A stretch of 64,000 nucleotides of DNA, from assembly GCA_963731265.1 (NCBI GenBank), contig CAVSUE010000002.1, forward strand, positions 64,001-128,000. The letters run 5' to 3'. Below, piece by piece: positions 49,322-57,888 of the stretch (positions are counted from its first letter, which is position 1; every line of letters starts with the position of its first letter). Source of the stretch: an uncultured Verrucomicrobiae bacterium. Its GTDB lineage: Bacteria; Chlamydiota; Chlamydiia; Chlamydiales; Rhabdochlamydiaceae. The position numbers were made by a program, and so were the translations under genes. Under the pieces are notes generated by a model, which was not told the DNA's origin, did no database searches, and saw only the letters and a list, made by a program, of their open reading frames with translations.

Positions 49322-49485
49322 GAGGATGTCTACAAAGTGAGGGTTCGTCGAGTTTTTTATTTTGGCCGCTTTCGATTCTTTTTGCGGGGGTAGTATACCC
49401 CAGTTGATACAACCCCCCAAAAAGAATCGAAAATCGACTTAAAAACACCGAAAAATCGACAGAACCTCACTTTATACAAATCTTC
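49322..49485. mobile_element. MITE-like hairpin element, family B, flanked by TAA direct repeats (the left TAA is the rsmD stop codon)
   Basis: GAGGATGTCTACAAAGTGAGGGTTCGTCGAG identical to 9114; TAA at 49319-49321 and 49486-49488. Confidence 0.88.
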
Positions 49486-49497
49486 TAAGGTTTATTT

Positions 49498-49977
49498 ATG
49501 AAAAAAGCTCTTTTTCCCGGTACCTTTGATCCTCCGACGCTTGGACATATCGATATCATCAAGCGTTCAGCTTCGATGTGCGATAAGCTCTATGTCGGCA
49601 TTGCAAGCAACGCCTACAAAACCGATGCGCTTTTTCCTGTCGATGAGAAAGTTGCAATGTTAAAGCAAATTTGCAAGGCCTATCCTCACGCGGAAATCGT
49701 TCATTTTTCCTGCCTTGTCGTCGAATTTGCTAAACAGCATCAGATCAATTATCTACTTCGGGGGTTGCGCGCCTTTTCCGATTTTGAATACGAATTCCGC
49801 ATGGCCCTTGCCAATCGCCACTTGAGCGGCATTGAGACAGTTTTCCTCATGGCCGATGAAAGAGTGGCTCATATCAGCTCGACCTTGATCCGAGAATTGG
49901 GCCGATATAAGAGCCGTCTACATGGATTTGTCCCCGCCGAAATCGAAGAACAAGTCTTTTCTAAAGTCTCAAAGTAG
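49498..49977 (+). CDS. coaD: Phosphopantetheine adenylyltransferase
   Basis: FPGTFDPPTLGH, LRGLR..SDFEYE, ISSTLIRE. Confidence 0.96.
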   Translation: MKKALFPGTFDPPTLGHIDIIKRSASMCDKLYVGIASNAYKTDALFPVDEKVAMLKQICKAYPHAEIVHFSCLVVEFAKQHQINYLLRGLRAFSDFEYEFRMALANRHLSGIETVFLMADERVAHISSTLIRELGRYKSRLHGFVPAEIEEQVFSKVSK

Positions 49978-49995
49978 GGCGATCTAAAGTGAATA

Positions 49996-50030
49996 GGAAA
50001 AATTGTCTTTATCAGAAAGACAATTTTTCC
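49996..50030. terminator. Hairpin between convergent genes
   Basis: GGAAAAATTGTCTTT-ATCAG-AAAGACAATTTTTCC. Confidence 0.7.
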
Positions 50031-50065
50031 CGTGTTTGGCTTTTGTACGAAAGACAAACGCCGTG

Positions 50066-52702
50066 TTACGCAGCCTTTTTGCCTTTGTCGAATCGCGATT
50101 CTGTGACATTTCCATGTTCATCAAAACTCTTCTTCACACCGTGAAGTTCATCTTCGAGAAATGCTTGTAAAAGGCGCGGCTTGCCATCATCGTAATATTT
50201 ATTGAATTTCCCGTGCCGTTTGCCTTCCTTATATTCTCCTTCAAAAGTGAGAACGCCTTGTTCGTTCCATTCACGATACAGGCCATGGATGTGATCATTT
50301 TTATAGGGAATGTGTTTGGCCAGCTTTCCATTCTCGTAATAAGTTTTTTCCTCGCCCTCTTTCTGGCCATCGACAAAATGGGCTTCAATGAAGAGCTTTC
50401 CATCAGGAAAATATTGGAGCGACGGTCCGTCGCGTTTATCGCCGTGAAATTCGATCGACATCAATACTTGCCCTTTGGGAGAAAGAATTTTTGCTGTTCC
50501 TTCCCGCAAACCATGTACATAAGGAGTCGAGCCAATTTTGGCTCCGCTTTCATTGTATTCGATCGCTTCGCCTTCTGTCAGATCATTGACAAAATTCACT
50601 TCTAAAGCTTTGACTTTCCCGAAATATTCATGGGAAGGATAAAAAACTTCATGGACACCTTCGCGACGATTGTCCTTGTAATGGAAAATGATTTCTCTTC
50701 CATCCCGCGATTTTTCAAAAAAGCGGCCGTTAAGTTTGCCATTTTCATAAACTGCTTCTTCCAATAGATTGCCCTCTTGGTCCCACATCGCCTTCATGCC
50801 GTGGATCTCTCCTTTATCATAAGCAATGGAACTCTGAAGGGTACCGTTCGGAAAATAAGTCTTTTGTACGCCCTGCAACCTTCCTTCAGAATCATAGATA
50901 AAATGGCGTGCAAGTTGAAGCACCGTTTTCTTTGAGGGAATGGGCAAAGACTCTTTTTCAAGGTCTTGTTTGGAAAAGTAATCTTTATGCTCGCCTATGG
51001 GAAGACCAACATGGAATTTTTTTATCGAAGAAAGGGTCCCTTCTTCAAACCATGTCTTTATTTCTCCATCGAGTTTGTCTTCTTTATAAAATGCGGAAAT
51101 TTTTATTTGTCCATTGGGATAATACTCTTCTGCTTTTCCTTCCCGTTTGCCATTTTCAAAATTGACAACTTCTTTTGATTTATTTTTCTCATACCATAAT
51201 CGGGCAGTACCGGAAGGCTGATCATTCACATACCGGACTTCCATGATCAGTTCATTGGCTTCATTCCATTGTTTATGGACATTCTGCCGCTTGCCTTGCT
51301 CATAGTCCCCTGAAAAAGCCAAAACGCTGTTAGGATGCCATTCTCGTCGAGTTTTATCCAATTTGCCATCGGCGTATGTCTCTTCCAGTTTGAGATTGCC
51401 ACCCTCATACCACTCTTGACAAAGGCCATGTTTAAGCCCATTTTTCAATTCGTAGTGGACCGCCATCTCAGCATTTTCAAACCATTCTTCAAATGAGCCA
51501 TCCCGGATATTGTTATGGTAAAAGGCTCGAACTTTGAGCTGGCCATTACCATGATATTCTTTTTGCTCCCCTTCGAAATTTCCATTATTGTAATTGAATT
51601 CGACCAGTGGATTGCCATTAGGATGCCATTGACGGAAAACGCCATGGCGTTTGTCCCCGATAAAATAATATTCGGCCGTTTTTTTCCCATCTGGGGAAAA
51701 TTCCTGCACGGGGGCCAATAACAATCCTTCTTTATCGAAGGTGGCCAGATAGACTGGATTGCCATTTTCCGCGTTTCGCCAATGTTTGCCGATGGCCACG
51801 CCTTCTTTATATTCCCCTTCGCCAATCACCTTTCCTTCCAAACTGAAAATCTGTTCCTTTCCGTGCTTTTTTCCATTTTTGTATTGAACCTTGTAAGCCT
51901 CCTTTCCATTGGGATGATAACGCAAATGAGCGCCTATAGGCTGCCCCTGATTAAAATCCAATACTTCTAAAATAGAATGATCTTCTGCATAGAAAATAAG
52001 AGCAGGATTCTTCCCATCGGAATGATAGGTCCCATTTTGGTAGCGCATGGTTGCTTTCAGGGCGCCGCTCGGATACCATTCCATAGCAAGTCCATGAGGC
52101 ACACCCTTTTCATAGGGGATTAATGATTCCCGATTTCCTTTAGGATGATATTTGATCAACTCTCCGACGACTTTGCCCTCTTCATAAGAAATCTCTTCTG
52201 CCTTTGATCCATCTTCATAATACGAAATCATCTCTCCATGACGCTCACCTTGTTTGAATGTGCATTGCCCGTGGAGCTTTCCATTCGGAAAATAGATTTT
52301 CATTTCTCCGTGAATGACGCCGTGATCATAAAAAACCGTTTTTTCCAGTTGTCCATTTTGGAAAAAAGCAATGCTCATTCCATGCGGAACAATTGTCGAT
52401 TTCCAATCTATGGCTCCCTTTGAATCTTCAGGCACTACGATCAAATCCATCTCGTTTTGGATTTGGCCGTTAGGATAAAATACGACTTGCTTGACTGGGG
52501 CTTCATTGGCATCGCCGATCTGTTCATAAAACAGAACCCGCTGCGGCTGGCCTGTTTGATGGGTGTCTAAGATTTTTGGACGCCAGTGCGGCTGGCGCTG
52601 CTTAAGGCCAGGAGCGACGGGTTTGATAGGTTCAGACGAAGCCCATCCAAAAGACAAACCAGCAAAGAGCAGAGCTATCGCAATCAGCAATTTCGCACGC
52701 AT
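50066..52702 (-). CDS. Exported MORN-variant (YwqK-like) repeat protein
   Basis: Signal peptide followed by many ~24-aa repeats of type G..k.yy.nG.l.....y.nGk.hG. Confidence 0.88.
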   Translation of the reverse strand: MRAKLLIAIALLFAGLSFGWASSEPIKPVAPGLKQRQPHWRPKILDTHQTGQPQRVLFYEQIGDANEAPVKQVVFYPNGQIQNEMDLIVVPEDSKGAIDWKSTIVPHGMSIAFFQNGQLEKTVFYDHGVIHGEMKIYFPNGKLHGQCTFKQGERHGEMISYYEDGSKAEEISYEEGKVVGELIKYHPKGNRESLIPYEKGVPHGLAMEWYPSGALKATMRYQNGTYHSDGKNPALIFYAEDHSILEVLDFNQGQPIGAHLRYHPNGKEAYKVQYKNGKKHGKEQIFSLEGKVIGEGEYKEGVAIGKHWRNAENGNPVYLATFDKEGLLLAPVQEFSPDGKKTAEYYFIGDKRHGVFRQWHPNGNPLVEFNYNNGNFEGEQKEYHGNGQLKVRAFYHNNIRDGSFEEWFENAEMAVHYELKNGLKHGLCQEWYEGGNLKLEETYADGKLDKTRREWHPNSVLAFSGDYEQGKRQNVHKQWNEANELIMEVRYVNDQPSGTARLWYEKNKSKEVVNFENGKREGKAEEYYPNGQIKISAFYKEDKLDGEIKTWFEEGTLSSIKKFHVGLPIGEHKDYFSKQDLEKESLPIPSKKTVLQLARHFIYDSEGRLQGVQKTYFPNGTLQSSIAYDKGEIHGMKAMWDQEGNLLEEAVYENGKLNGRFFEKSRDGREIIFHYKDNRREGVHEVFYPSHEYFGKVKALEVNFVNDLTEGEAIEYNESGAKIGSTPYVHGLREGTAKILSPKGQVLMSIEFHGDKRDGPSLQYFPDGKLFIEAHFVDGQKEGEEKTYYENGKLAKHIPYKNDHIHGLYREWNEQGVLTFEGEYKEGKRHGKFNKYYDDGKPRLLQAFLEDELHGVKKSFDEHGNVTESRFDKGKKAA

Positions 52703-52969
52703 AGAAATCCTCGTAAAAAGGGTTTTTGACGAATCATACTTAATGTTCCGATATCCGACAAGGAGGGGTTTTTCCTTAAAATTTTTGGCATTCGGAATAA
52801 AAAATCTCCAAGAGCCTTAGAATAAATAACTAAAAGATTTAGCAAATCAACAGTTAATATAAACATAAATTACTAAATCGCAATTACTTAGTTATTTCTT
52901 ATATAACATTGATAAACAAATAAATAATTGGCATAATTGAAATAAAGAATAATACAATTGGAGCATGTA

Positions 52970-54442
52970 ATGGCGAATTCTATATCTACAAGTAATAACC
53001 CTCTTCAAGCCATGGATAACGCTCTCATTTCCTTTGTAAAGCCCTATAGGCAATTCTACTCAAATGGAGAAATATCTTTAGCCTCGGTCCAGCGTGCCTT
53101 TGAGTCTTTCCAAAACGCTTTGAATTTGAATAAGGGCGTCGAAGACAAAGAGAAGGAACTCTACGCATCATTAATCATTGAAAGGGGTCGCTGCAAAGTT
53201 TACAGCGAAGCAATGAAAGACTACTATGAAAACACTACAATAGGTAAGGTCTACCGTTTCTTTGAAGGAATTTGCAAAGACCTGTTCGGCTGGAAAACCT
53301 CCACAGAAGAAGCAAAAGACCTTCTTCAACAATTTAATCAAGCATTAGAGCCCGCTATCAAGAAAGGGGATCAGACAATTGGCAAACTATTTTTCGATAA
53401 AAATTCTATTGAAGAGTTATCCAAAGAAACTTATATGGCACTGGCGCGATATGAAGGAGCTAATAAAAAGAGAACAGCTTTATGGGACATGAGCACGAAT
53501 CAATCAAACAAGAACATTTTTTTGATTTCAAAGCCTGACGGTGATTGTTATCTAACAAATGAATTCTTAGGAAAAGGCGCTAATAAAAAAGTTTATTCAG
53601 GAAAACATGAACCATTTCTTTCCAATGAACAAAAGGGTGCAGGAGATCGTCTCGCAATTGCGATTTATTCTCAAAGCGACGAACAAGAACTTCAAAAAGA
53701 ACTACACCCTCTAGAACAATTAAAAGGTATCGATGGAATTATTAAAGTCCAAGATTCCGTTCTTGCCATCAACAATGATGACAGATCCGTTCCCATTATG
53801 ATTACACAAAAATACATCACGATCGATTCTTATTTAGAACAAGCTTCCTTTAAAGGGACTCCTTTAGAGGAAAATGAAAAAATCGACTTAATAAAAGCTT
53901 TAACGATTATTGTTTTTAAAGTACATGCAATGGGAAAAATTCATCGAGATATCAAAGAACTTAATATTCTTATCGATACAACAAAAAGACCGCCTCAACC
54001 AATCTTGATTGATTTTGAATCCTGCATTGACGTCAATGATAAGAGCCGCCGAAAAAAAGAACGGGCAGGAACAAATGCATATCTTTCGCCAGAATATGCT
54101 TCAGCAATAAAAAAATTAGGCGACGCCACCGACCAAAGGCTGTTCAGTGACGCAACTCAATCGATGGTGAATGCGACAACACCATATGTGGATATTTGGG
54201 CGTTAGGGTTGGTTTTATTCAGAATTTATTATGGAAAATCTTTTCTGAATGAAATTGACAAAAAAATGATGCATATACCTACAGAAAGACTTCCTCCAAT
54301 GATCAGTGAGATTATTCAAGAGAATGTCGACAGGGTCTTTCAGAACAATGCGGAGGGTCCAATTGCCAAGATCATTAAAAACATGCTGGCAGTCGATCCT
54401 GCCCAAAGAAAAATGCCACAAGCCAGCGAATGGCCGCAATAA
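52970..54442 (+). CDS. Eukaryotic-type Ser/Thr protein kinase with WNK-like lysine placement; candidate effector
   Basis: LGKGANKKVY, LAIA (no beta3 Lys), HRDIKELNIL, DFE, GTNAYLSPE, DIWALG, ML..DP..R. Confidence 0.85.
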   Translation: MANSISTSNNPLQAMDNALISFVKPYRQFYSNGEISLASVQRAFESFQNALNLNKGVEDKEKELYASLIIERGRCKVYSEAMKDYYENTTIGKVYRFFEGICKDLFGWKTSTEEAKDLLQQFNQALEPAIKKGDQTIGKLFFDKNSIEELSKETYMALARYEGANKKRTALWDMSTNQSNKNIFLISKPDGDCYLTNEFLGKGANKKVYSGKHEPFLSNEQKGAGDRLAIAIYSQSDEQELQKELHPLEQLKGIDGIIKVQDSVLAINNDDRSVPIMITQKYITIDSYLEQASFKGTPLEENEKIDLIKALTIIVFKVHAMGKIHRDIKELNILIDTTKRPPQPILIDFESCIDVNDKSRRKKERAGTNAYLSPEYASAIKKLGDATDQRLFSDATQSMVNATTPYVDIWALGLVLFRIYYGKSFLNEIDKKMMHIPTERLPPMISEIIQENVDRVFQNNAEGPIAKIIKNMLAVDPAQRKMPQASEWPQ

Positions 54443-54445
54443 AAC

Positions 54446-54476
54446 AGCCTAAGGCTGATATTCCCAGCCTTAGGCT
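54446..54476. terminator. Hairpin between convergent genes
   Basis: AGCCTAAGGCTG-ATATTCC-CAGCCTTAGGCT. Confidence 0.7.
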
Positions 54477-54502
54477 TCACATATTTTGCTTCTAGATACT
54501 TC

Positions 54503-54892
54503 TTAATACGTCATCCAGAAAGCAAGCCAGCACAGGCCAAAGCCCCAAACCAAAGGAATTACACCTTGGATTTTGCACCAGCCTGGCTCTTTCGAGGACC
54601 ACTTCATGAGCATATGCGGCATGAATAGAGCTAATACCCCGCGTAGCAACATGAACCATCCGAGCAATGTCACGAGCAATGGCAAGTTCCAAGCCCACAT
54701 GTTATACGAGTTGATAATCGTAAGACCAAGTAATATGTTGATCGTCCCCCATGTATGATGGACCGCAGGGGTGTTTTTGCAGGATGTGCAGACTTTTGCC
54801 ATGTTTTCATGGTAAAACAGCATCCAAATCCCTAAGATCATCAGCAAAGGGCCGAAAATGCTGGCCAACATCATTGCATTTTGCATTTGCAT
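54503..54892 (-). CDS. Small integral membrane protein (4 TM)
   Basis: Hydrophobic 129-aa ORF with GGAGG RBS. Confidence 0.75.
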   Translation of the reverse strand: MQMQNAMMLASIFGPLLMILGIWMLFYHENMAKVCTSCKNTPAVHHTWGTINILLGLTIINSYNMWAWNLPLLVTLLGWFMLLRGVLALFMPHMLMKWSSKEPGWCKIQGVIPLVWGFGLCWLAFWMTY

Positions 54893-55046
54893 TTTGCCTC
54901 CAAAAAGTTCAATAAGAACAATAACTTCACCTTAAGGATTAAACAAATTATTTGTCAAGCGCGCCGTAACTAAAATCTTTATTCATAATGAAAAATTAGC
55001 AAAGCCTACCCCGAATGGGTTTGTCGCGGCAGGGCAACGTGAGCCC

Positions 55047-55520
55047 TTAACTAGGGCCTTTTTTTTGCTTTTCATAAAGGCCCATCAATTGGGTTTTGTC
55101 GAGAATATGTCCTTGCATGGCTTGCTCGACATCTTTCTTTACGGCCCCCTTTGGGAGGTGGACCAGATCGCAATTTAACGCATAGAGTTTGAAAAAATAG
55201 CGATGTTCTCTATCAGGCGGGCAGGGGCCGATATAACCTAGTCCTCCGTCGGTGTTTTTACCCGGGGTGCCTTCGGGCTGAGAATTTTCTGCAATTTTTG
55301 TGATGGAGGGGGGAATATTAAAAACGATCCAATGGTCGTACATTTTTTCTTTGCGGACAGATTCTGGAACATCGGGATCGTCCATGATTAAAACCAGCGT
55401 TTTGGCATTGCGGGGGACATTGCCGATCAAGAGTTCGGGATTTACATTTTCCCCATCACACGTGTATTTGGACGGAATTTTTCCTCCTTCTGCAAAGGCG
55501 GGGCTTGTCAAGCTCAGCAT
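55047..55520 (-). CDS. YbhB/YbcL-family (PEBP/RKIP-like) protein
   Basis: YTCDGEN.NP, MDDPD, HWIVFNIP, YIGPCPP..HRYFFKLYAL. Confidence 0.93.
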   Translation of the reverse strand: MLSLTSPAFAEGGKIPSKYTCDGENVNPELLIGNVPRNAKTLVLIMDDPDVPESVRKEKMYDHWIVFNIPPSITKIAENSQPEGTPGKNTDGGLGYIGPCPPDREHRYFFKLYALNCDLVHLPKGAVKKDVEQAMQGHILDKTQLMGLYEKQKKGPS

Positions 55521-55591
55521 AAAGGCACCTCATTTTTTTTGGATCATGCAAGAAATTTTAAAAAAAGTATACCACTCCCACTTAGGGTATG

Positions 55592-55707
55592 TGAATTTTG
55601 GCAGCGGATTTTGAGTCCTAGTAGCATTGTCGAGATCGCCGTAAACTTCAGTATGTTAGCAAGATCGAACAAATGCCCTGGGCTCAAAAAACGCTCAACA
55701 AAATTCA
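55592..55707. repeat. About 115-bp imperfect inverted repeat
   Basis: TGAATTTTG..AGCG..TTTTGAGTCC..GCATTG / CAAATGC..GGGCTCAAAA..CGCT..CAAAATTCA. Confidence 0.7.
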
Positions 55708-55767
55708 GCCAGAATTAGCGGGGGATCCTCTCCCAGCGTTTCATAATCCCCTTCGCCATGCCTCGGG

Positions 55768-56292
55768 TTACTTTTTCGCAGGGAGGAGCTGTTTGGATAG
55801 GGTTGGTTTAGAGTAGGCGAAATGAATGAGATGGCCGTATTGCAAATCAACCCATAGTTTTTTGCCCTCCTCTTCCTTGTTTTGAAAGAAAGTAAGAACT
55901 CCTCGGGGCTCTAATCGCCCGGAAAAAAGATCGAAATGCAGCGGAACAATTTTTTTCCCATTGAATTGGATGAGGGCAGCATGGATTTTTTTCTCGGCCT
56001 GATCGAACTTGATGGAAGGCTTAAAGGGCTCATTTGTTGTAAATTTGTAGTGAAGTTTTCCATTCTTCACGTAAAAATCCAGGGTTATATCCGTTTGGTA
56101 GGTCAAAGCTAGCAGCTGGGCTTCCTGCAAACGGATATAGAGTTCGGAGACTTCTCGTTCAAAAACATGGTCGTCAATGAGTTTCTTAATGTGGATCGCT
56201 GAAAAAGATGCGATCAAACTCAAAATCACCAACGCAAGCATGATTTCGAGAAGCGTAAAAGGTTTATTTTTGCCCTTCTTGAAGCTCTTCAC
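55768..56292 (-). CDS. Type II secretion minor pseudopilin
   Basis: Basic leader, then FTLLEIMLALVIL. Confidence 0.8.
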   Translation of the reverse strand: MKSFKKGKNKPFTLLEIMLALVILSLIASFSAIHIKKLIDDHVFEREVSELYIRLQEAQLLALTYQTDITLDFYVKNGKLHYKFTTNEPFKPSIKFDQAEKKIHAALIQFNGKKIVPLHFDLFSGRLEPRGVLTFFQNKEEEGKKLWVDLQYGHLIHFAYSKPTLSKQLLPAKK

Positions 56293-56680
56293 AGTTTATG
56301 CCTAACTTTTCTCTTCTTTTTTGTTCATATGCCCTGAATTTCGGGGAAGACACAATGAAAGTATCGTTGCTACGGCCGTCGATACTTATATCAAAAGGGA
56401 CGCCCCAGCCGTCTTTAAGAAATTGTGCGGGGTTTTTTACGAGGCCGGATTCAGCGAGAACTGTCTCTTTATTTGCTAGAACCTGCTCGATGGGCATTCC
56501 GCGTGCGACTTCAAGCATCAGGATATCGTAAATCTGCTGCTGAGCTTGCTCCGTCTTAAAAGCCTTCCCTTTGTCGAGGCTTCCTTTCATATTGACGCCG
56601 ATGACACTGCCAATCAGGCCGATCAAGACGATCACGATCATGATTTCGAGAAGGGTTAGGGTTCTTTTTTTTCTTCGCAT
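56264..56680 (-). CDS. Type II secretion pseudopilin (GspG-like)
   Basis: Start MRRKKRT-LTLLEIMIVIVLIG with AGGAG RBS; LKDGWG motif. Confidence 0.82.
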   Translation of the reverse strand: MRRKKRTLTLLEIMIVIVLIGLIGSVIGVNMKGSLDKGKAFKTEQAQQQIYDILMLEVARGMPIEQVLANKETVLAESGLVKNPAQFLKDGWGVPFDISIDGRSNDTFIVSSPKFRAYEQKRREKLGINCEELQEGQK

Positions 56681-56693
56681 GGGTTTCTCCTGG

Positions 56694-57881
56694 TTAATTT
56701 GTTGACAACGAGCTGACGTCGGTGAGAGGGAGCAGGATAGATAGAACCACGAGTCCGACAATGGCTCCTAAAGTGATGAGGAGGGCGGGCTGAAGGAATG
56801 TATTGAGTTGTCCGAGATGTTTTTCCATTTCTTCATCATAGATTTCTGCGAGGTTGAAGAAGGCTTCTTCCATTTTTCCCGTCTCTTCTGCCAAAGCAAG
56901 CATCCGGGTCACTAGAGGGGGCAGAATCGGAGATCCTTGAAACGCCGCGCTAATCCTCTCTCCCTGTCCTACCCTTGTTTGCGCTTTTACTATCGCGTCT
57001 TCAATGAGGGGGCTTTTAACGACATTGCGGGAGAGGGAGAGGGCTTCGAGCAAGGGGACACCCCCCGCAAGCAGCATCGAGAGGGCACGGCAAAAACGCA
57101 CGAGGGCGGAATGCAAAAGCAGTGTCTTGATAAAAGGCAGCTTCAACGACAGCTGATAGATCCGCAGTTTGCCAGTGCGATTGCGGACAGCCAAGACGGC
57201 TCCGATGGGCAACGCGAGAAGAGTTACGCTTAAATAAATGACGTTATGATTCACCCAGTTGCTAATGGAAAGAATAGCGGCAGTAATAGGATGAAGGGCT
57301 CTGTCTTCGAAGAGTTCTTTCATGGAAGGGATCACGAAAAATAAAAGACCGCAAACAATGAAAAAGCAAAAGAGGGCGAGAAAAGAAGGATAAGCAAGGG
57401 CAGAGACGAGTTGTTTTTTTAATTTATGCTGGCGTGCAATTAATTCGGCGAGCTGAAGGAAAACAGCCGCGAGATTGCCGCTCTGCTCCGCAACCTGGAC
57501 CATGGAAAGATAAATTTGATTAAAGCTGGCGGGATAGCGCTTTAGCGCGATCGATAAAGACGAACCGGCCTTGAGATGGTCGCACAGATCGAGAAATAGA
57601 GGATGGACCTTATGCCTGCGGTATTTTTCCTCGATAGTAAGCAAACTTTCATAAAGGGGCAAACCTGCCTTGAGGAGCTGGGCGATCTCACGCGTAAACG
57701 ACAGCAAAAGGGTTGGAGGGAGAACAAGCTGATTTTCCTTGCTGACGATCGGGAAAACGGTAGTGACGAGGACCTGCTGCTTGCGAAGGCGGTCTTTAGC
57801 AATGGGAAGAGAGTCGGCATCGATCACACCTTTGATCGTTTTTCCTTCAGGTCCGACTGCTGTATAGCGATAGAGAGCCAT
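56694..57881 (-). CDS. gspF: Type II secretion inner-membrane platform protein
   Basis: LLKAGLPL, AEQSGNL, ALAYP, LAEETG, LQPAL. Confidence 0.95.
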   Translation of the reverse strand: MALYRYTAVGPEGKTIKGVIDADSLPIAKDRLRKQQVLVTTVFPIVSKENQLVLPPTLLLSFTREIAQLLKAGLPLYESLLTIEEKYRRHKVHPLFLDLCDHLKAGSSLSIALKRYPASFNQIYLSMVQVAEQSGNLAAVFLQLAELIARQHKLKKQLVSALAYPSFLALFCFFIVCGLLFFVIPSMKELFEDRALHPITAAILSISNWVNHNVIYLSVTLLALPIGAVLAVRNRTGKLRIYQLSLKLPFIKTLLLHSALVRFCRALSMLLAGGVPLLEALSLSRNVVKSPLIEDAIVKAQTRVGQGERISAAFQGSPILPPLVTRMLALAEETGKMEEAFFNLAEIYDEEMEKHLGQLNTFLQPALLITLGAIVGLVVLSILLPLTDVSSLSTN

Positions 57882-57888
57882 GAATTAC

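Noticed and set aside
49011..49448. 145-aa minus-strand ORF
   Set aside because: Antisense to rsmD and begins within a family B element
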